Of a DNA stretch of 64,000 bases, positions 23,517 through 33,593 are shown one piece after another. A program made the position numbers and the translations under genes. Within the stretch, counting starts at the first letter, position 1; every line of letters begins with the position of its first letter. Where the stretch lies: the NCBI GenBank assembly GCA_963762145.1, contig CAVXJS010000010.1:96001-160000 (forward strand), written 5' to 3'. The stretch is from an uncultured Candidatus Rokubacteria bacterium (lineage in GTDB: Bacteria; Methylomirabilota; Methylomirabilia; Rokubacteriales; CSP1-6). Under the pieces are notes generated by a model, which saw only the letters and a program-made list of their open reading frames with translations, ran no database searches and was not told the DNA's origin.

Positions 23517-23607
23517 GCCGTCTCCTCCGGGACGACCTCCACGTGCGCTCGTCGATCGCTACCCCGTACTCCCGCCGCGCGTACGCGAGGCTGATCTTTT
23601 CCTCCAT
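23517..23607 (-). repeat. Copy of the hydantoinase B near-3' segment
   Basis: Matches about 36360-36451; encodes MEEKIS.AYARREYGVAIDERTW. Confidence 0.9.
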
Positions 23608-23789
23608 AAACCACTGGGCATCGATGAGCTGCTTGCCCGCGTCCACGGCGTTCTCCTGCAGCCTCGCTGAACGGATACTCGGCCCGAGGGGCCCGCGGGC
23701 CCGAAGAAACCACTTGGTTGGTGACGCCAGGCCGGATGTCGCGGGTGGGCTCTTCAGGTGTAGGCTCCCAGTGCGAGAGGAATTGGAGG

Positions 23790-24173
23790 ATGGCCATGAC
23801 AACACCACACCGGATCATCCTGGGGGCGGTGCTGCTTATCCTGGGCGGCACGCACGGCGCGCTGGCCACAATCAGTCCGTCTGGCATCGACGCGCGGCTG
23901 CGGTTGGATTGGGAGGTCGGCCAGACGCGCGGTGGACGCCCCGAGGTCCAAGGCTACGTTATCAACGACAACATGCGGCCAGCGATGAGTGTGCGGCTGC
24001 TCGTTGAGACGCTCGACAGCAATGGCCAAGTCACTGACCGTGCCCACGGCTTCGTGGTCGGTGCTGTCCCGGCATTGAGTCGCGGTCCCTTCGTTGTTGC
24101 CCTGAAGACAGGCGGCGCGAGCTACCGGATCAGCATCACCGAGTTCACCTGGAAGGACGGCGGCTCCGGGTAG
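23790..24173 (+). CDS. Exported hypothetical protein (FxLYD-like beta fold)
   Basis: GGAGG RBS, signal peptide, VQGYVIN...LDSNG...VP pattern. Confidence 0.65.
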   Translation: MAMTTPHRIILGAVLLILGGTHGALATISPSGIDARLRLDWEVGQTRGGRPEVQGYVINDNMRPAMSVRLLVETLDSNGQVTDRAHGFVVGAVPALSRGPFVVALKTGGASYRISITEFTWKDGGSG

Positions 24174-24176
24174 GAA

Positions 24177-24379
24177 TCACTTCTTGCGAACGTCCTCCGT
24201 GGTGATTGTCGTCACCCGATTCTGATAGTCGGATCCCGTCAGCCAGCGCACCTTGTAGCGGCCATCCCCCAAGACCGTGATGATTTCGCCCTCGACGTGC
24301 TCCTGGCTCTGGCGGAGCACGACAACATCGCCGGCTCGCAACTGAGGCCGGGGCGGAGGTGGCGAGGGCTTCGCCATGA
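24177..24379 (-). CDS. Small hypothetical protein (SH3/KOW-like)
   Basis: LRAGDVVVL...GEIITVLGDGRYKVRW; GAGGAG RBS. Confidence 0.55.
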
Positions 24380-24731
24380 TCGGCGCTCTCCTCAATGTCT
24401 CAACGGGCTGGAGCTAGCCTCGCCCTCGAGCACCGCCGCTGTGGCGAGCTCGAGACGGCGTCCACGATCCACGCTCGCATGTGCCCTCCACGGCAGCGAT
24501 GAAGGGGCGAATGAGGGACCCGAGACTACCGCCGTTCGAACCTGTTTTCCAGTCCGAGCTGCTCGGCAGCGTGCGCCGAATCGCCCTTATTGCGTCGGCC
24601 AACTCCCTGGAGAATACTCCCTGCGGCATCCGTCCGGCCGTGCCCGTGGGCACCGGAGCGTCCCGTCATGGCGCCGAGCCTCCCTGCAGGTCCTGCCGCC
24701 CTTCACCGAGGGCCGCGGGGCCATGCCCTCA

Positions 24732-24797
24732 TACATCGCTTGGCGGTGGGCGAGCGCGCCGTCGGGCAGGCCGAGCCACGGCGAGACGTCGGCGTGC
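24732..24797 (-). repeat. Internally deleted fragment of livM
   Basis: 24732-24769 matches 45527-45564 and 24766-24797 matches 45750-45781, joined at shared GCAG. Confidence 0.85.
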
Positions 24798-24814
24798 ACC
24801 TCCCTCGCAGTTCC

Positions 24815-26046
24815 TTACCGGAACGCCGGGATGATGTGCTTGGCGAAGAGCTCGATCTGGCGCTCCTCCTCCTCCCACGACATGAAGCCCTGATCGAAGA
24901 ACCACCCGAACCACTCGAGGTCCCCGCTTCCGCCGATCTTCTGCAGCGCCTCGATCTCGCGCTTGACCTGATCCACCGTGCCGCTAGCCCGTACTTGACC
25001 TTGCGCATCCGGTCGACCGTCCACTCCGCCGGCGGCAGGGGCGTGTACGGGTCGAGCGGGTACTTCGCGTTGTCCTCCGGGGTGCGGAACGCCTCCCAGA
25101 AGCCGAAGCCGCCGAAGTAGTGCTGGAACCCCGCGTAGTTGGTGTCGCGGAGCAGGGCGACCGCCTCGGCCTCGGTCTTGCCGAAGTGCACGGCCCGGAA
25201 CGCGCCCACGCTCTCGCCCAGCCCGAGCGTGCGGCCATTCTCGGCCGCGACCTCCTGATAGATCGTGCAGAGGCGCTGGAAGTCCGGCGGATGCGCCACC
25301 AGGATCCACGGCACGATGCTCGACTTGGCGGTGTAGCGGATGGTGTTCTCGCTCACCGAGAACGGCTGGAACATCGGCGGGTGCGGCTGCTGATAGGGCC
25401 TCGGGACGACGCAGATCTTCCGGACCACGCCCTCGTCGTCGATCTCCCCGGGGGCGCCGTACTGCCGCGTCCAGTCGGCGACCGGCCAGCGCCGGATCCC
25501 TTCCTTGTAGGGGAAGGGGACCTTGTAGTACTCGCCGTCGTGGTCCCACGCCTCCTCGGTCCAGGCCTTCTTGATCACCGTGACCGCTTCCTCGTAGACC
25601 TTGCGGTTGTGGTTGTCGATGGAGGAGCCGTCCATGGGCGCCCCCGTGACGTGGTACTGCTGGCCCAGGACGTTGACCCAGCGATCCTGGTAGCCGCGCG
25701 CGAACCCGGCGTAGATGCGCCCCTTCGTCAGGTGGTCGAGCACCGCCAGCTCCTCGGCGGCGCGGATGGGATCCCACGACGGCAGCACCAGGCCGAGCGG
25801 GGAGAACTTGATCCGCTTGGTGCGCGCGGCCAGATCGGCGTAGATCAGCAGCGGCGCCACCGACGTCTCGTAGCCTTCGGAGTGGAAGTGGTGCTCGGTG
25901 GTGGCGAGCACGTCGAAGCCCGCGTCGTCGGCGAACACCGCCAGCTTGCGCAGCTCGTCCAGCATCTGCTGGTAGCGCTCGTTGTTGCGGCCGATGGGCC
26001 GCAGGCGCTTGCGATCCTCCAGGGTGCCGGGCACGGTGGGCAGCAG
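24815..26046 (-). pseudogene. LLM-class flavin-dependent oxidoreductase, apparently lacking its first codons, frameshift near 24985
   Basis: TTEHHFHSEG, LDHLTKGR, GFARGYQ; begins abruptly at LLPTVPGT with no evident ATG or RBS. Confidence 0.7.
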
Positions 26047-26103
26047 TGCGAGTCTGCGCTCGGACTAAGGGGAGGTCAAGGCCACCAGCCGGGGTGACTG
26101 GTG

Positions 26104-26382
26104 CTACAGACGCATCCGCTGCGCTTTGGACTCCTGGTGCCACACCAGGTAGCACGGGAAGTGCGCGGCCACGGCCCCCTGGGGGCTCGCCACCTCGTAC
26201 TCGACTTCTCTCGCGCTGACTGCGGCGGAGCAGACGGCACACGCCCGCCCGCTCCCGGTGCCGGCCGCGACGTGGCCATTCACGCTGGCCAGGCGGCCAT
26301 CGGTCAGGGCGACGTGGACGACGGTCCGGAGGAGGTCGGAGGCGTGGTAGCGGGAGACCCGGTGGCCGGCTCGGTCGCGCAT
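26104..26382 (-). CDS. Small CxxC...HxxC putative zinc-finger protein
   Basis: GSGRACAVC...EYEV...HFPCYLVWHQES. Confidence 0.65.
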   Translation of the reverse strand: MRDRAGHRVSRYHASDLLRTVVHVALTDGRLASVNGHVAAGTGSGRACAVCSAAVSAREVEYEVASPQGAVAAHFPCYLVWHQESKAQRMRL

Positions 26383-26525
26383 GGCGCCATCTACCGGAGC
26401 AAAGCTCGTGCCGGTGATCTTCGCCGGCAATGAGGCCGGATAGGTGGATCCTTCCGACCGCGTCGACCCTTGGCACGCCCATATGTTGGCGACCCGGTGT
26501 CACTTCCCGTCATCCGCAGAGAACG

Positions 26526-26559
26526 ACCGCACCGAGAACGTCATGGTCCCCATGCGCGA
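26526..26559 (+). repeat. Copy of a cocE 5' segment
   Basis: ACCGCACCGAGAACGTCATGGTCCCCATGCGCGA, one mismatch to 2575-2608. Confidence 0.85.
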
Positions 26560-26670
26560 GGCTTCAGTCCCATCTGACTGGCGTATCCAGGTCAAGAGCT
26601 GCAACATAGGTGCGCTGCCCCAGCGGCCGAATTGACCTGGACACTATGCGGCGGAGCACGGAGAACACGT

Positions 26671-27930
26671 ATGAGTGAAGCGTTGGGTGGGCTCTTGCTC
26701 GGCGTCGTGATCCTCTTGGCCTTGGTCGTGTGGTCGATCCGCCGCCATAGAGACCCTGACCTGCACGTCGAGTGCGACTTGCCTATCGACGAGCTGATGC
26801 CCACGCTCTCGGGCTTGACGCTGGGCACGGCGGTGGCCGGCAACAAGGTGGAGGTGCATGAGAACGGCGCCTTCTTCGATGTATTGATCGGCCGCATCCA
26901 GGCCGCGCGAGAATCCGTGCACTTCGAGACGTTCCTGTGGAAGGAGGGCGCGCTCGGCCGGCGGGTGGCCGATGCGCTGATCGAGCGAGCGCGAGCGGGC
27001 GTGAAGGTGCGCGTAATGCTGGACGCAGTAGGCTCGAAGCACGCGGGCAAGGCCGTCGTGCGCGAGATGCGCGACGCGGGCTGCCGCGTGGTGTTCTTTC
27101 ACGACCGGAGGGTGCAAAACATCGGAGTGTTCAACGACCGCGACCATCGCAAGCTGATGGTGATCGACGGGCGCGAGGCCTTCGTGGGCGGTCATTGCGT
27201 CGTGGACGAGTGGCTGGGCGATGCGGAAGACGGAAAGCACTACGCCGACATCAGCCTGCACCTCCATGGGCCGATCGTGCACAGCGTGCAAGGCGCCTTC
27301 AGTGAGAACTGGGCTGGCGAGACCGGCGAGCTGTTCGTGGGCAAAGACGTGTTCCCGGTGCTGGAACCGGCGGGCGACGTCCTGATGCACGCCGTGTTCG
27401 CAAAACCCGAGAACTCGGCGCCCACGGTGAAGATCCTCCACCACACCGCCATCTGCCTGGCACGTACGCGCATCTGGATCCAGAACCCCTATTTCATCCC
27501 CGAGCCGGATGCCATCGACGCCTTCGGCGATGCGGTGAAGCGCGGCGTGGACGTGCGGGTGCTGATGCCGTCGACCAGCGGATCGGACAATCCCATGGTG
27601 CAGCACGCCGGCCACCGCAACTTCGAGAAGCTGTTGAGGTGTGGCGTTCGCCTGTTCGAATACCCGCACACCCTGCTGCACCAGAAGGTCATGACTGTCG
27701 ACGGGGTCTGGAGCGCTGTGGGCTCGAGCAACTTCGACGACCGCTCGTTCGAAACAAACGACGAGATCACCCTATCGATCAGGGACGAGGCGCTCGCGCA
27801 GCGGCTTGACGCGGTTTTCGAGAAGTACGTCCCGCGCGCGACAGAGGTGCAACTCGAGAGCTGGCGCAAGCGCCCGCTGACGCACAAGCTGAAGGACAAC
27901 TTCTTCTACATGCTGAACGAGCTGCTCTGA
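26671..27930 (+). CDS. cls: Cardiolipin synthase / phospholipase D family
   Basis: Two HKD motifs, HRKLMVID and HQKVMTVD, plus GSSNFD. Confidence 0.92.
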   Translation: MSEALGGLLLGVVILLALVVWSIRRHRDPDLHVECDLPIDELMPTLSGLTLGTAVAGNKVEVHENGAFFDVLIGRIQAARESVHFETFLWKEGALGRRVADALIERARAGVKVRVMLDAVGSKHAGKAVVREMRDAGCRVVFFHDRRVQNIGVFNDRDHRKLMVIDGREAFVGGHCVVDEWLGDAEDGKHYADISLHLHGPIVHSVQGAFSENWAGETGELFVGKDVFPVLEPAGDVLMHAVFAKPENSAPTVKILHHTAICLARTRIWIQNPYFIPEPDAIDAFGDAVKRGVDVRVLMPSTSGSDNPMVQHAGHRNFEKLLRCGVRLFEYPHTLLHQKVMTVDGVWSAVGSSNFDDRSFETNDEITLSIRDEALAQRLDAVFEKYVPRATEVQLESWRKRPLTHKLKDNFFYMLNELL

Positions 27931-27969
27931 CAGACAGATCGGGCCCGCCGCCGCTGCTGCAACGGCTGC

Positions 27970-28595
27970 TCAGCGGGCGGTCTGAGCCGCCGCGCGAAGC
28001 CGCGCCGTCTCCTCCGGGACGACCTTCCACGTGCGCTCGTCGATCGCCACCCCGTACTCCCGCCGCGCGTACGCCGGGCTGATCTTCTCCTCCATCACGT
28101 CGCGCAGCACGCGCTCGGGATCGCGCGCGAACGGGTCGCCCCAGCCGCCGGCGCCGGCCAGCTCGTGGCGGTAGACGTCGCCGTGCCGCACGGTCAGCGT
28201 GCACTTGGCGGGCAGCTCGCGCTCCTCCGTGCCGGGGTTGATGATGGCCTCGGCATAGTTGGCGGTGGTCGACAGCACCTTGCAGGTGCGCGCGACGCCG
28301 TCGGGCGACACCAGGACCAGGTTGGTGAAGGTACCGCCCACATCCACTCCCAGCCGGTAGCTCATGCTGATCTCCCGAAGCCCGCCAGCCCGCGCGGAAA
28401 GAAGATGACGAAGACCATGATCACGAAGCCCACCGCGACCAGGTTGTACACGACGCCGACGAAGCGCAAGCCCTCGTAGAGGCCGTAGAGCAGCAGCGCG
28501 CCGAGCACGGGACCCCACAGCGTGCCGAGGCCGCCGAAGACCACCATGCCGATGACCAGCGAGGTCGTCGCGGCACACGGGCGGCGGGTGGCTGG
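27970..28595 (-). pseudogene. Collapsed ghost of the livK-promoter...livM-hydA...hydB operon
   Basis: Collinear pieces: hydB 3' (27970-28239), hydA 5' (28240-28365), livM 3' (28362-28570), livK upstream (28573-28595, compare 49606-49627). Confidence 0.9.
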
Positions 28596-28648
28596 ATGGA
28601 CGGCTCGCGAAGCCTTGTGGCAGACTCTCCCCGGAAGGAGACGCGCCC

Positions 28649-29590
28649 ATGTCTGCATCCGCGACACCGGACCTCGTCATCCGTCAGATCGTCGACGCCA
28701 TGAGGACGCTGGCCGGCCCCCATCCCGGCTTCCGTCCCGTCCACGCCAAGGGCCTCGTCTGCTCGGGAACGTTCCGCGCGTCGGCGGACGCGCCCCGCGT
28801 CACCCGGGCGCCCCATTTCGCCGGTCAGCCGGTGCCGACCGTCATCCGGTTCGCCAATTCCAACGGCAACCCCGAGGTGCACGACGGCGCCCCCAACGTG
28901 CGCTCGATGGCGGTCAAGTTCCAGCTCGGCGGCGGCAAGAGCGCCGACATCCTCGCCAACTCGGTCGAAGGGTTCGTCGCACGGACACCCGAGGAGCTGC
29001 TCGAGTTCCTGCGGGCGCAGCTCCCCGTGCCGGCCACCGGCCGGCCCGACCCCGACGCGCTTCCGCGCTTTCTCGCCAGCCATCCCGCCGGCCGCGGCTT
29101 CGTCGAGCGCCTGATGAAGCGGCCGGTGCCGGCCAGCTACGGGCAGGTGACCTACTTTGCCGAGCACGCCTTCCGCTTCACCGCCGCGGATGGCACGAGC
29201 CGATTCGGTCGCTATCGCTTCGTGCCGCAGGCCGGCGAGGCCTTCCTCTCGCCTGACGATGCCGGCAAGCGAAGCGCGAGCTTCCTGAGCAACGAGCTGG
29301 ACGGCCGGCTGCGGACCGGCCCGGTCGCGTTCCGGCTTCTCCTGCAGCTGGCCGAGGCCGGCGACCCGACAGACGACGTCACCGCGCTGTGGCCCGAGGC
29401 GCGGCCCCTGGTCGAGCTGGGGCGTCTGGAGATCACGGGCATCTCCCCGACGAGCGCGGCCGACGAGCGGCGCCTGATCTTCGACCCCACCAACCGGACG
29501 GACGGCATCGATCTCTCGAGCGATCCGATCCTGCTGGCCCGGTCGGCCGCGTATGCCATCTCCTACGATCAACGAACCAAGGGCGAATGA
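28649..29590 (+). CDS. Catalase-related peroxidase (SrpA-like)
   Basis: RPVHAKG, VIRFAN, DPILLARSAAYAISY. Confidence 0.92.
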   Translation: MSASATPDLVIRQIVDAMRTLAGPHPGFRPVHAKGLVCSGTFRASADAPRVTRAPHFAGQPVPTVIRFANSNGNPEVHDGAPNVRSMAVKFQLGGGKSADILANSVEGFVARTPEELLEFLRAQLPVPATGRPDPDALPRFLASHPAGRGFVERLMKRPVPASYGQVTYFAEHAFRFTAADGTSRFGRYRFVPQAGEAFLSPDDAGKRSASFLSNELDGRLRTGPVAFRLLLQLAEAGDPTDDVTALWPEARPLVELGRLEITGISPTSAADERRLIFDPTNRTDGIDLSSDPILLARSAAYAISYDQRTKGE

Positions 29591-29608
29591 ATAGCTGTGC
29601 CCGAAGCC

Positions 29609-30223
29609 CTAGCCCGCGGGATTGGTGATGACCACGCGGATCGGCGTGGGATTGAATCCGTTGCATGGGTTGTGCAGCTGCGGGCAATTCGAGACCACCG
29701 CGAGGACGCGCGTCTCGGCGCGGAGCTCCACGGAATCGCCCGGCTTCGACTTGCCGTCCACGATGCCCATGGTGCCGTCGGCCAGTACGGGGACGTTCAT
29801 GAAAAAATTGATGTTGGCTACGATGTCCTTCTCGCCCATGCCGTGTCGGGCAAGCGCCCGCAGGAAGTTGGCGTAGCAGCTCGGGGTGTCCGGCACCTTG
29901 TAGCGGAACATGTTGCTGGCGGCGCTGCAGCACCCACCGATGGTGTCGTGCCCGCCCCCCATCGTGTCCGCCACGATCGTGAAGAGCTTGGTCGCGCGTA
30001 CCGTATAGATGCCGTGGCCCGCGCCCAGGTACGCATTCTTGTTGTACTTCATCGTGTCCGCCGCGTTGTAGCGATCGGCGAGATCGTCGGCGTTGTAGCA
30101 GAGGAAGTCGACCGCCTGCTTCCCCTCGAGGTCCACGATGCGCAACAGCTGTCCCGGCGTCAGGACCGCTGACCAGTTCTCGTCGGGCGCCACCACCACG
30201 TCCTGCATGACCTTGTTCTCCAC
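29609..30223 (-). CDS. DUF1989 / urea carboxylase-associated family protein
   Basis: LRIVDLEGKQAVD, HDTIGGCC, NINFFMNVP, SNCPQLHNPCNG. Confidence 0.9.
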   Translation of the reverse strand: MENKVMQDVVVAPDENWSAVLTPGQLLRIVDLEGKQAVDFLCYNADDLADRYNAADTMKYNKNAYLGAGHGIYTVRATKLFTIVADTMGGGHDTIGGCCSAASNMFRYKVPDTPSCYANFLRALARHGMGEKDIVANINFFMNVPVLADGTMGIVDGKSKPGDSVELRAETRVLAVVSNCPQLHNPCNGFNPTPIRVVITNPAG

Positions 30224-30407
30224 GATGGCCTCCTTGCAAGCCGGCGCGGCCGACGCATCAAACAACAGACGACCCTGCGACCTGGAAGTGCGCCTCCAGA
30301 CTCTATGCCGAGAATGCCCCTCGCCGCAACGATCCTTGACTACGTACGCCCGATGGTGTTGACTCGCGGCCTCACTCGTCCCATCGCACCGCCAGGAGGA
30401 GACACTC

Positions 30408-30773
30408 ATGAGTCAATCTGAGATCGCGGCCGTGAATCGGATGTTCGAGGAAGCAGCGGGTAAGGGGGACCTCGAGACCCTCGCCTCTCTGTACACGAAG
30501 GATGCCGTATGCCTTCCCCCGGACGGCCCGTTCGTGAGGGGCCGGGACAACATCAAGCAGATGTGGGCATCCATTGCCCAGCAAATCGGGTTGAAGAGCG
30601 TGAAGCTCGAGACGGTCGATCTCGAGGTGGCCGGCGAGACGGCCCATGAGGTCGGTGAGGCACAGCTGACTCTCGGATCCGGCACTGCCGTTGCGAAGTA
30701 TGTCGTGGTGTGGAAGAAGGCAGACGGGCAGTGGCGTTTGCATCGGGACATCTGGAACACGAAGGGGACATAG
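30408..30773 (+). CDS. SnoaL/DUF4440 NTF2-like protein
   Basis: LYTKDAV.LPP, KYVVVWKK.DGQWRLHRDIWN; AGGAGG RBS. Confidence 0.88.
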   Translation: MSQSEIAAVNRMFEEAAGKGDLETLASLYTKDAVCLPPDGPFVRGRDNIKQMWASIAQQIGLKSVKLETVDLEVAGETAHEVGEAQLTLGSGTAVAKYVVVWKKADGQWRLHRDIWNTKGT

Positions 30774-30791
30774 CGACGGAGGAGGGCAGAG

Positions 30792-31390
30792 GTGCTTTCG
30801 TGGCTCGCACACTTCATCGAAAGACACCCCTCTCTTCACCGGACCTCGCTGGCGGTGTGGAAACATTTTCCACCCCGGCTGGCTGGCTTTCTGCGCAAGC
30901 TCCTCACCACGCCTGGGCCGTCGGGGCCGTCGCGGTGATCATCGACGAGGCGGTCAACCCTCCGGAAGTGTTGCTGGTTGAGCACAGTTATCGAACGAAG
31001 GGTGCGTGGGGGCTTCCCGGCGGTTCGCTCGAATCGGGTCTCCGAAACCCGTTGGAGCCCTCAAAGGAGGAGTCCCGCGATGACATCATCGAGGCCAGCC
31101 TCCGGCGGGAGATTTTCGAGGAGCTCGGGATCGAGATCGAGATCATCCGACTGACCAAGATCGATGCAGTCCCTTACGTGCCGGAGGAGCCGGGGCCCTA
31201 TCGTCTCGACTTCTACTACCGGTGCCTTCCCAAGCAGGGCTTCACCTCGTTGCGCGAGGGGCTCCGTACTGGGATCATCAAGCCGCGTTCTCCGGAGCTT
31301 AGCCAGATCTTGCTGGTCCCCGTCAGCCGATTGAAGGAATACGACCTGTACTCTTCCGACGCCCGGATTCTGTTCCCGCTGCTCACGTAA
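30792..31390 (+). CDS. NUDIX hydrolase (probable frameshift near 30910)
   Basis: WGLPGG...LRREIFEELG Nudix box with an insertion. Confidence 0.8.
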
Positions 31391-31437
31391 AGATACCGAT
31401 GGCCCGGTAGCAACTTCGGCCAGGATGGCATACGCGA

Positions 31438-33447
31438 TCACGGCTTCGCCGGCGGGATTGGCGGCGAGGTCAGCGTCGCGCCTCGGAGTGTGTGGACCTG
31501 GAAGTGCAGTGGCTCGGTTGCCATCGGGGCGCCGAGCCACATCGTGCACCATCTGGAGTGAGGCTCGGCGGTGCTGTTCGACGAGGGCGCCAGACCCGCC
31601 ACCGTCACGAAGTTCACGCCGCCGTCGTCTTCCGCGATGCCTTCGAGGAACAGCGGCGCGAATGTCTCGGGAGCGGAGGCCTTGACGATCGTCACCCGCG
31701 GCGTCACCCGGGCCTCGGCCGCCATCGCGGGCACCACGTCGTCCCAGCAGAAGGCCGGAGGGTCGGCCAGCCCTCTGCCGTGCGCGGCATCCCGCAGCAG
31801 CGATTCGAGTCCGGCAGGGGGCGTGTCCGCCAGCGAACCGGCGGCGGCGAGCGTGAAGACTCGGGCCAGGCCGGGCCGGTGACGGAAGTCGGTCGACGCT
31901 CTCGATCGTGGGACCGTAGACAGCGTGGCCGCGAGCTGGGCCAGCCGGCGACCGAGAAGGGGGCCGGCCTGAGGGCCCCACAGCGTGGACGCGCCTTCGT
32001 AGTGCTGGAGCGCGTACTCTTCGGGAGTGGCGAAATAGGAGAGATACTCGTTGGCGAGCCCGACCAGCAACACGCGCGCGGGTGGCCAGTCCGCGGAGGC
32101 GGCCACCCCGTGTGCCACTCGCCGGCCCATTGCGGTGGTGAACTCGCCGGGGAGGGTGACGAGGAGCAGGCCTCCCACCTGGTGCACCCCGAGGGGCGCC
32201 TCCGCGGGAAGGGCGGTGCTCGGCATGAGCAGGCGACCGAAGGGGCCGAGCGCGGCACGCTTGGCGCCATGGCCCGGGATGCCGTTTCCGGTTGCGCCTT
32301 CCTGCCAGCCGAGCCACGACAAGAACCAGTGATCGCTCTCCGAGCCGCCCAGAGCGCCCGTCCCGAACAGGGGGAAGTCAGCCGTACAGACAGCGTCGCC
32401 CTCGAGGCACTGCCCGGCGAGGGGCTGTTGCGCCACGCGGTGCCGGATGACGCCGTCCACCCGGTCGCGCGCCGGGTTCGCCACGATGGCGTGCCCGAGA
32501 CGTTCTCCGAGGTGCCGCGCCGCGCTCACATCTCGATGCCGTGAGGTCACGGATACATCGCCTTCCGCACCGTTGAAGAGGGCGACGACTGCGCCGGGAG
32601 ACTCGAGGTGTAGCCGGCGTTCGGCGTAGTTCGCGGCGACGCCAAAGAGATCGGCCGAGTACACGGGCGTTGCCGACCCGAGGACCGTCGGGTGCATGGC
32701 CGCGAAGGCCGCGACGCCAAGAACCCGCTCCGGCGCGGCTGCGTCGCGTATCCACAGCCCGGCGAGACGGCGATCCAACCCGTCCTCGCCGATTTCCTCC
32801 CGGTCGCTATTCATGAGAAAGGCGGGCAAGCTGCGGTTGCGCGTCAGGGCGGGAAGCGGCGACGCCACGTAGGACACGGTGGCGGGACGCCGGGCGCGCA
32901 CCGCCTCGGTGATGGACTGGCCGATCCGCTGCGCCAGAAACTCGAACAGCCGGGCATCGAACCCCACCGACGGGGAGGCGAATGTGTTGTAGAAGGCCGA
33001 CGTCGAGAAATTGCCCGGGCTGTGGTGCGTGTGGGTGGCCGCAAGGATGAGCTGGTCCCGGTCGATGTGTCGTGTCTCCTCCCTCGTCAGCAGGATCTCG
33101 GCCACGCGATCAACGAGCCCGGCCGGAACTGACCAAAGGTCGCAGGAGACGAGGACGAGGGTGTTGCCGGACGCGTCCTCGAGCACGAAGGCGCGGGCGA
33201 AGAGGCGCGTCCAGTAGCCAATCGAGGTCTTGCCAACCTTGGAATGCCCACCCATGGGGACGCCGGGCGCCGGCGTGATGTCGACACGGGCCGCGCCAGC
33301 CTGGAAGTGACCGCTCGCGGACGCGGGGTGTGGGGGCGGGAGATGCCCGGCCACGTTCACGCACCCGGCGATGGCAAGGCCGACAGACCCGACCAGCCCG
33401 AATACCGTCTTGAGTCCCGCTCGGTGCTGCCGCTGAGCGAACCACAT
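31438..33447 (-). CDS. Neutral/alkaline ceramidase family protein
   Basis: GAARVDITP, RLFARA, ATHTHHSPG, GAEGDVS, PGEFTT, YEGASTLWG. Confidence 0.9.
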   Translation of the reverse strand: MWFAQRQHRAGLKTVFGLVGSVGLAIAGCVNVAGHLPPPHPASASGHFQAGAARVDITPAPGVPMGGHSKVGKTSIGYWTRLFARAFVLEDASGNTLVLVSCDLWSVPAGLVDRVAEILLTREETRHIDRDQLILAATHTHHSPGNFSTSAFYNTFASPSVGFDARLFEFLAQRIGQSITEAVRARRPATVSYVASPLPALTRNRSLPAFLMNSDREEIGEDGLDRRLAGLWIRDAAAPERVLGVAAFAAMHPTVLGSATPVYSADLFGVAANYAERRLHLESPGAVVALFNGAEGDVSVTSRHRDVSAARHLGERLGHAIVANPARDRVDGVIRHRVAQQPLAGQCLEGDAVCTADFPLFGTGALGGSESDHWFLSWLGWQEGATGNGIPGHGAKRAALGPFGRLLMPSTALPAEAPLGVHQVGGLLLVTLPGEFTTAMGRRVAHGVAASADWPPARVLLVGLANEYLSYFATPEEYALQHYEGASTLWGPQAGPLLGRRLAQLAATLSTVPRSRASTDFRHRPGLARVFTLAAAGSLADTPPAGLESLLRDAAHGRGLADPPAFCWDDVVPAMAAEARVTPRVTIVKASAPETFAPLFLEGIAEDDGGVNFVTVAGLAPSSNSTAEPHSRWCTMWLGAPMATEPLHFQVHTLRGATLTSPPIPPAKP

Positions 33448-33471
33448 GACGTGCCCGGAGCCCATTCTACC

Positions 33472-33562
33472 CGGGAGCGGCGGCGGGTGGTGGCGGATAG
33501 CACCGTGTTCCATGAGCGCGGGCGGGAGTCGCGGGTGGTGGTGCCGATGATCCCGATCGAGC
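33472..33562 (+). repeat. Copy of the cocE 3' end
   Basis: Matches 4352-4442; encodes RERRRVVADSTVFHERGRESRVVVPMIPIE. Confidence 0.92.
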
Positions 33563-33593
33563 GCTCCCGAGGAGGGTCGACGGGCTGGCGTGT

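Noticed and set aside
30224-30400. Guanidine riboswitch upstream of the DUF1989 gene
   Set aside because: Expected from family context, but no ykkC-type consensus was recognisable by eye
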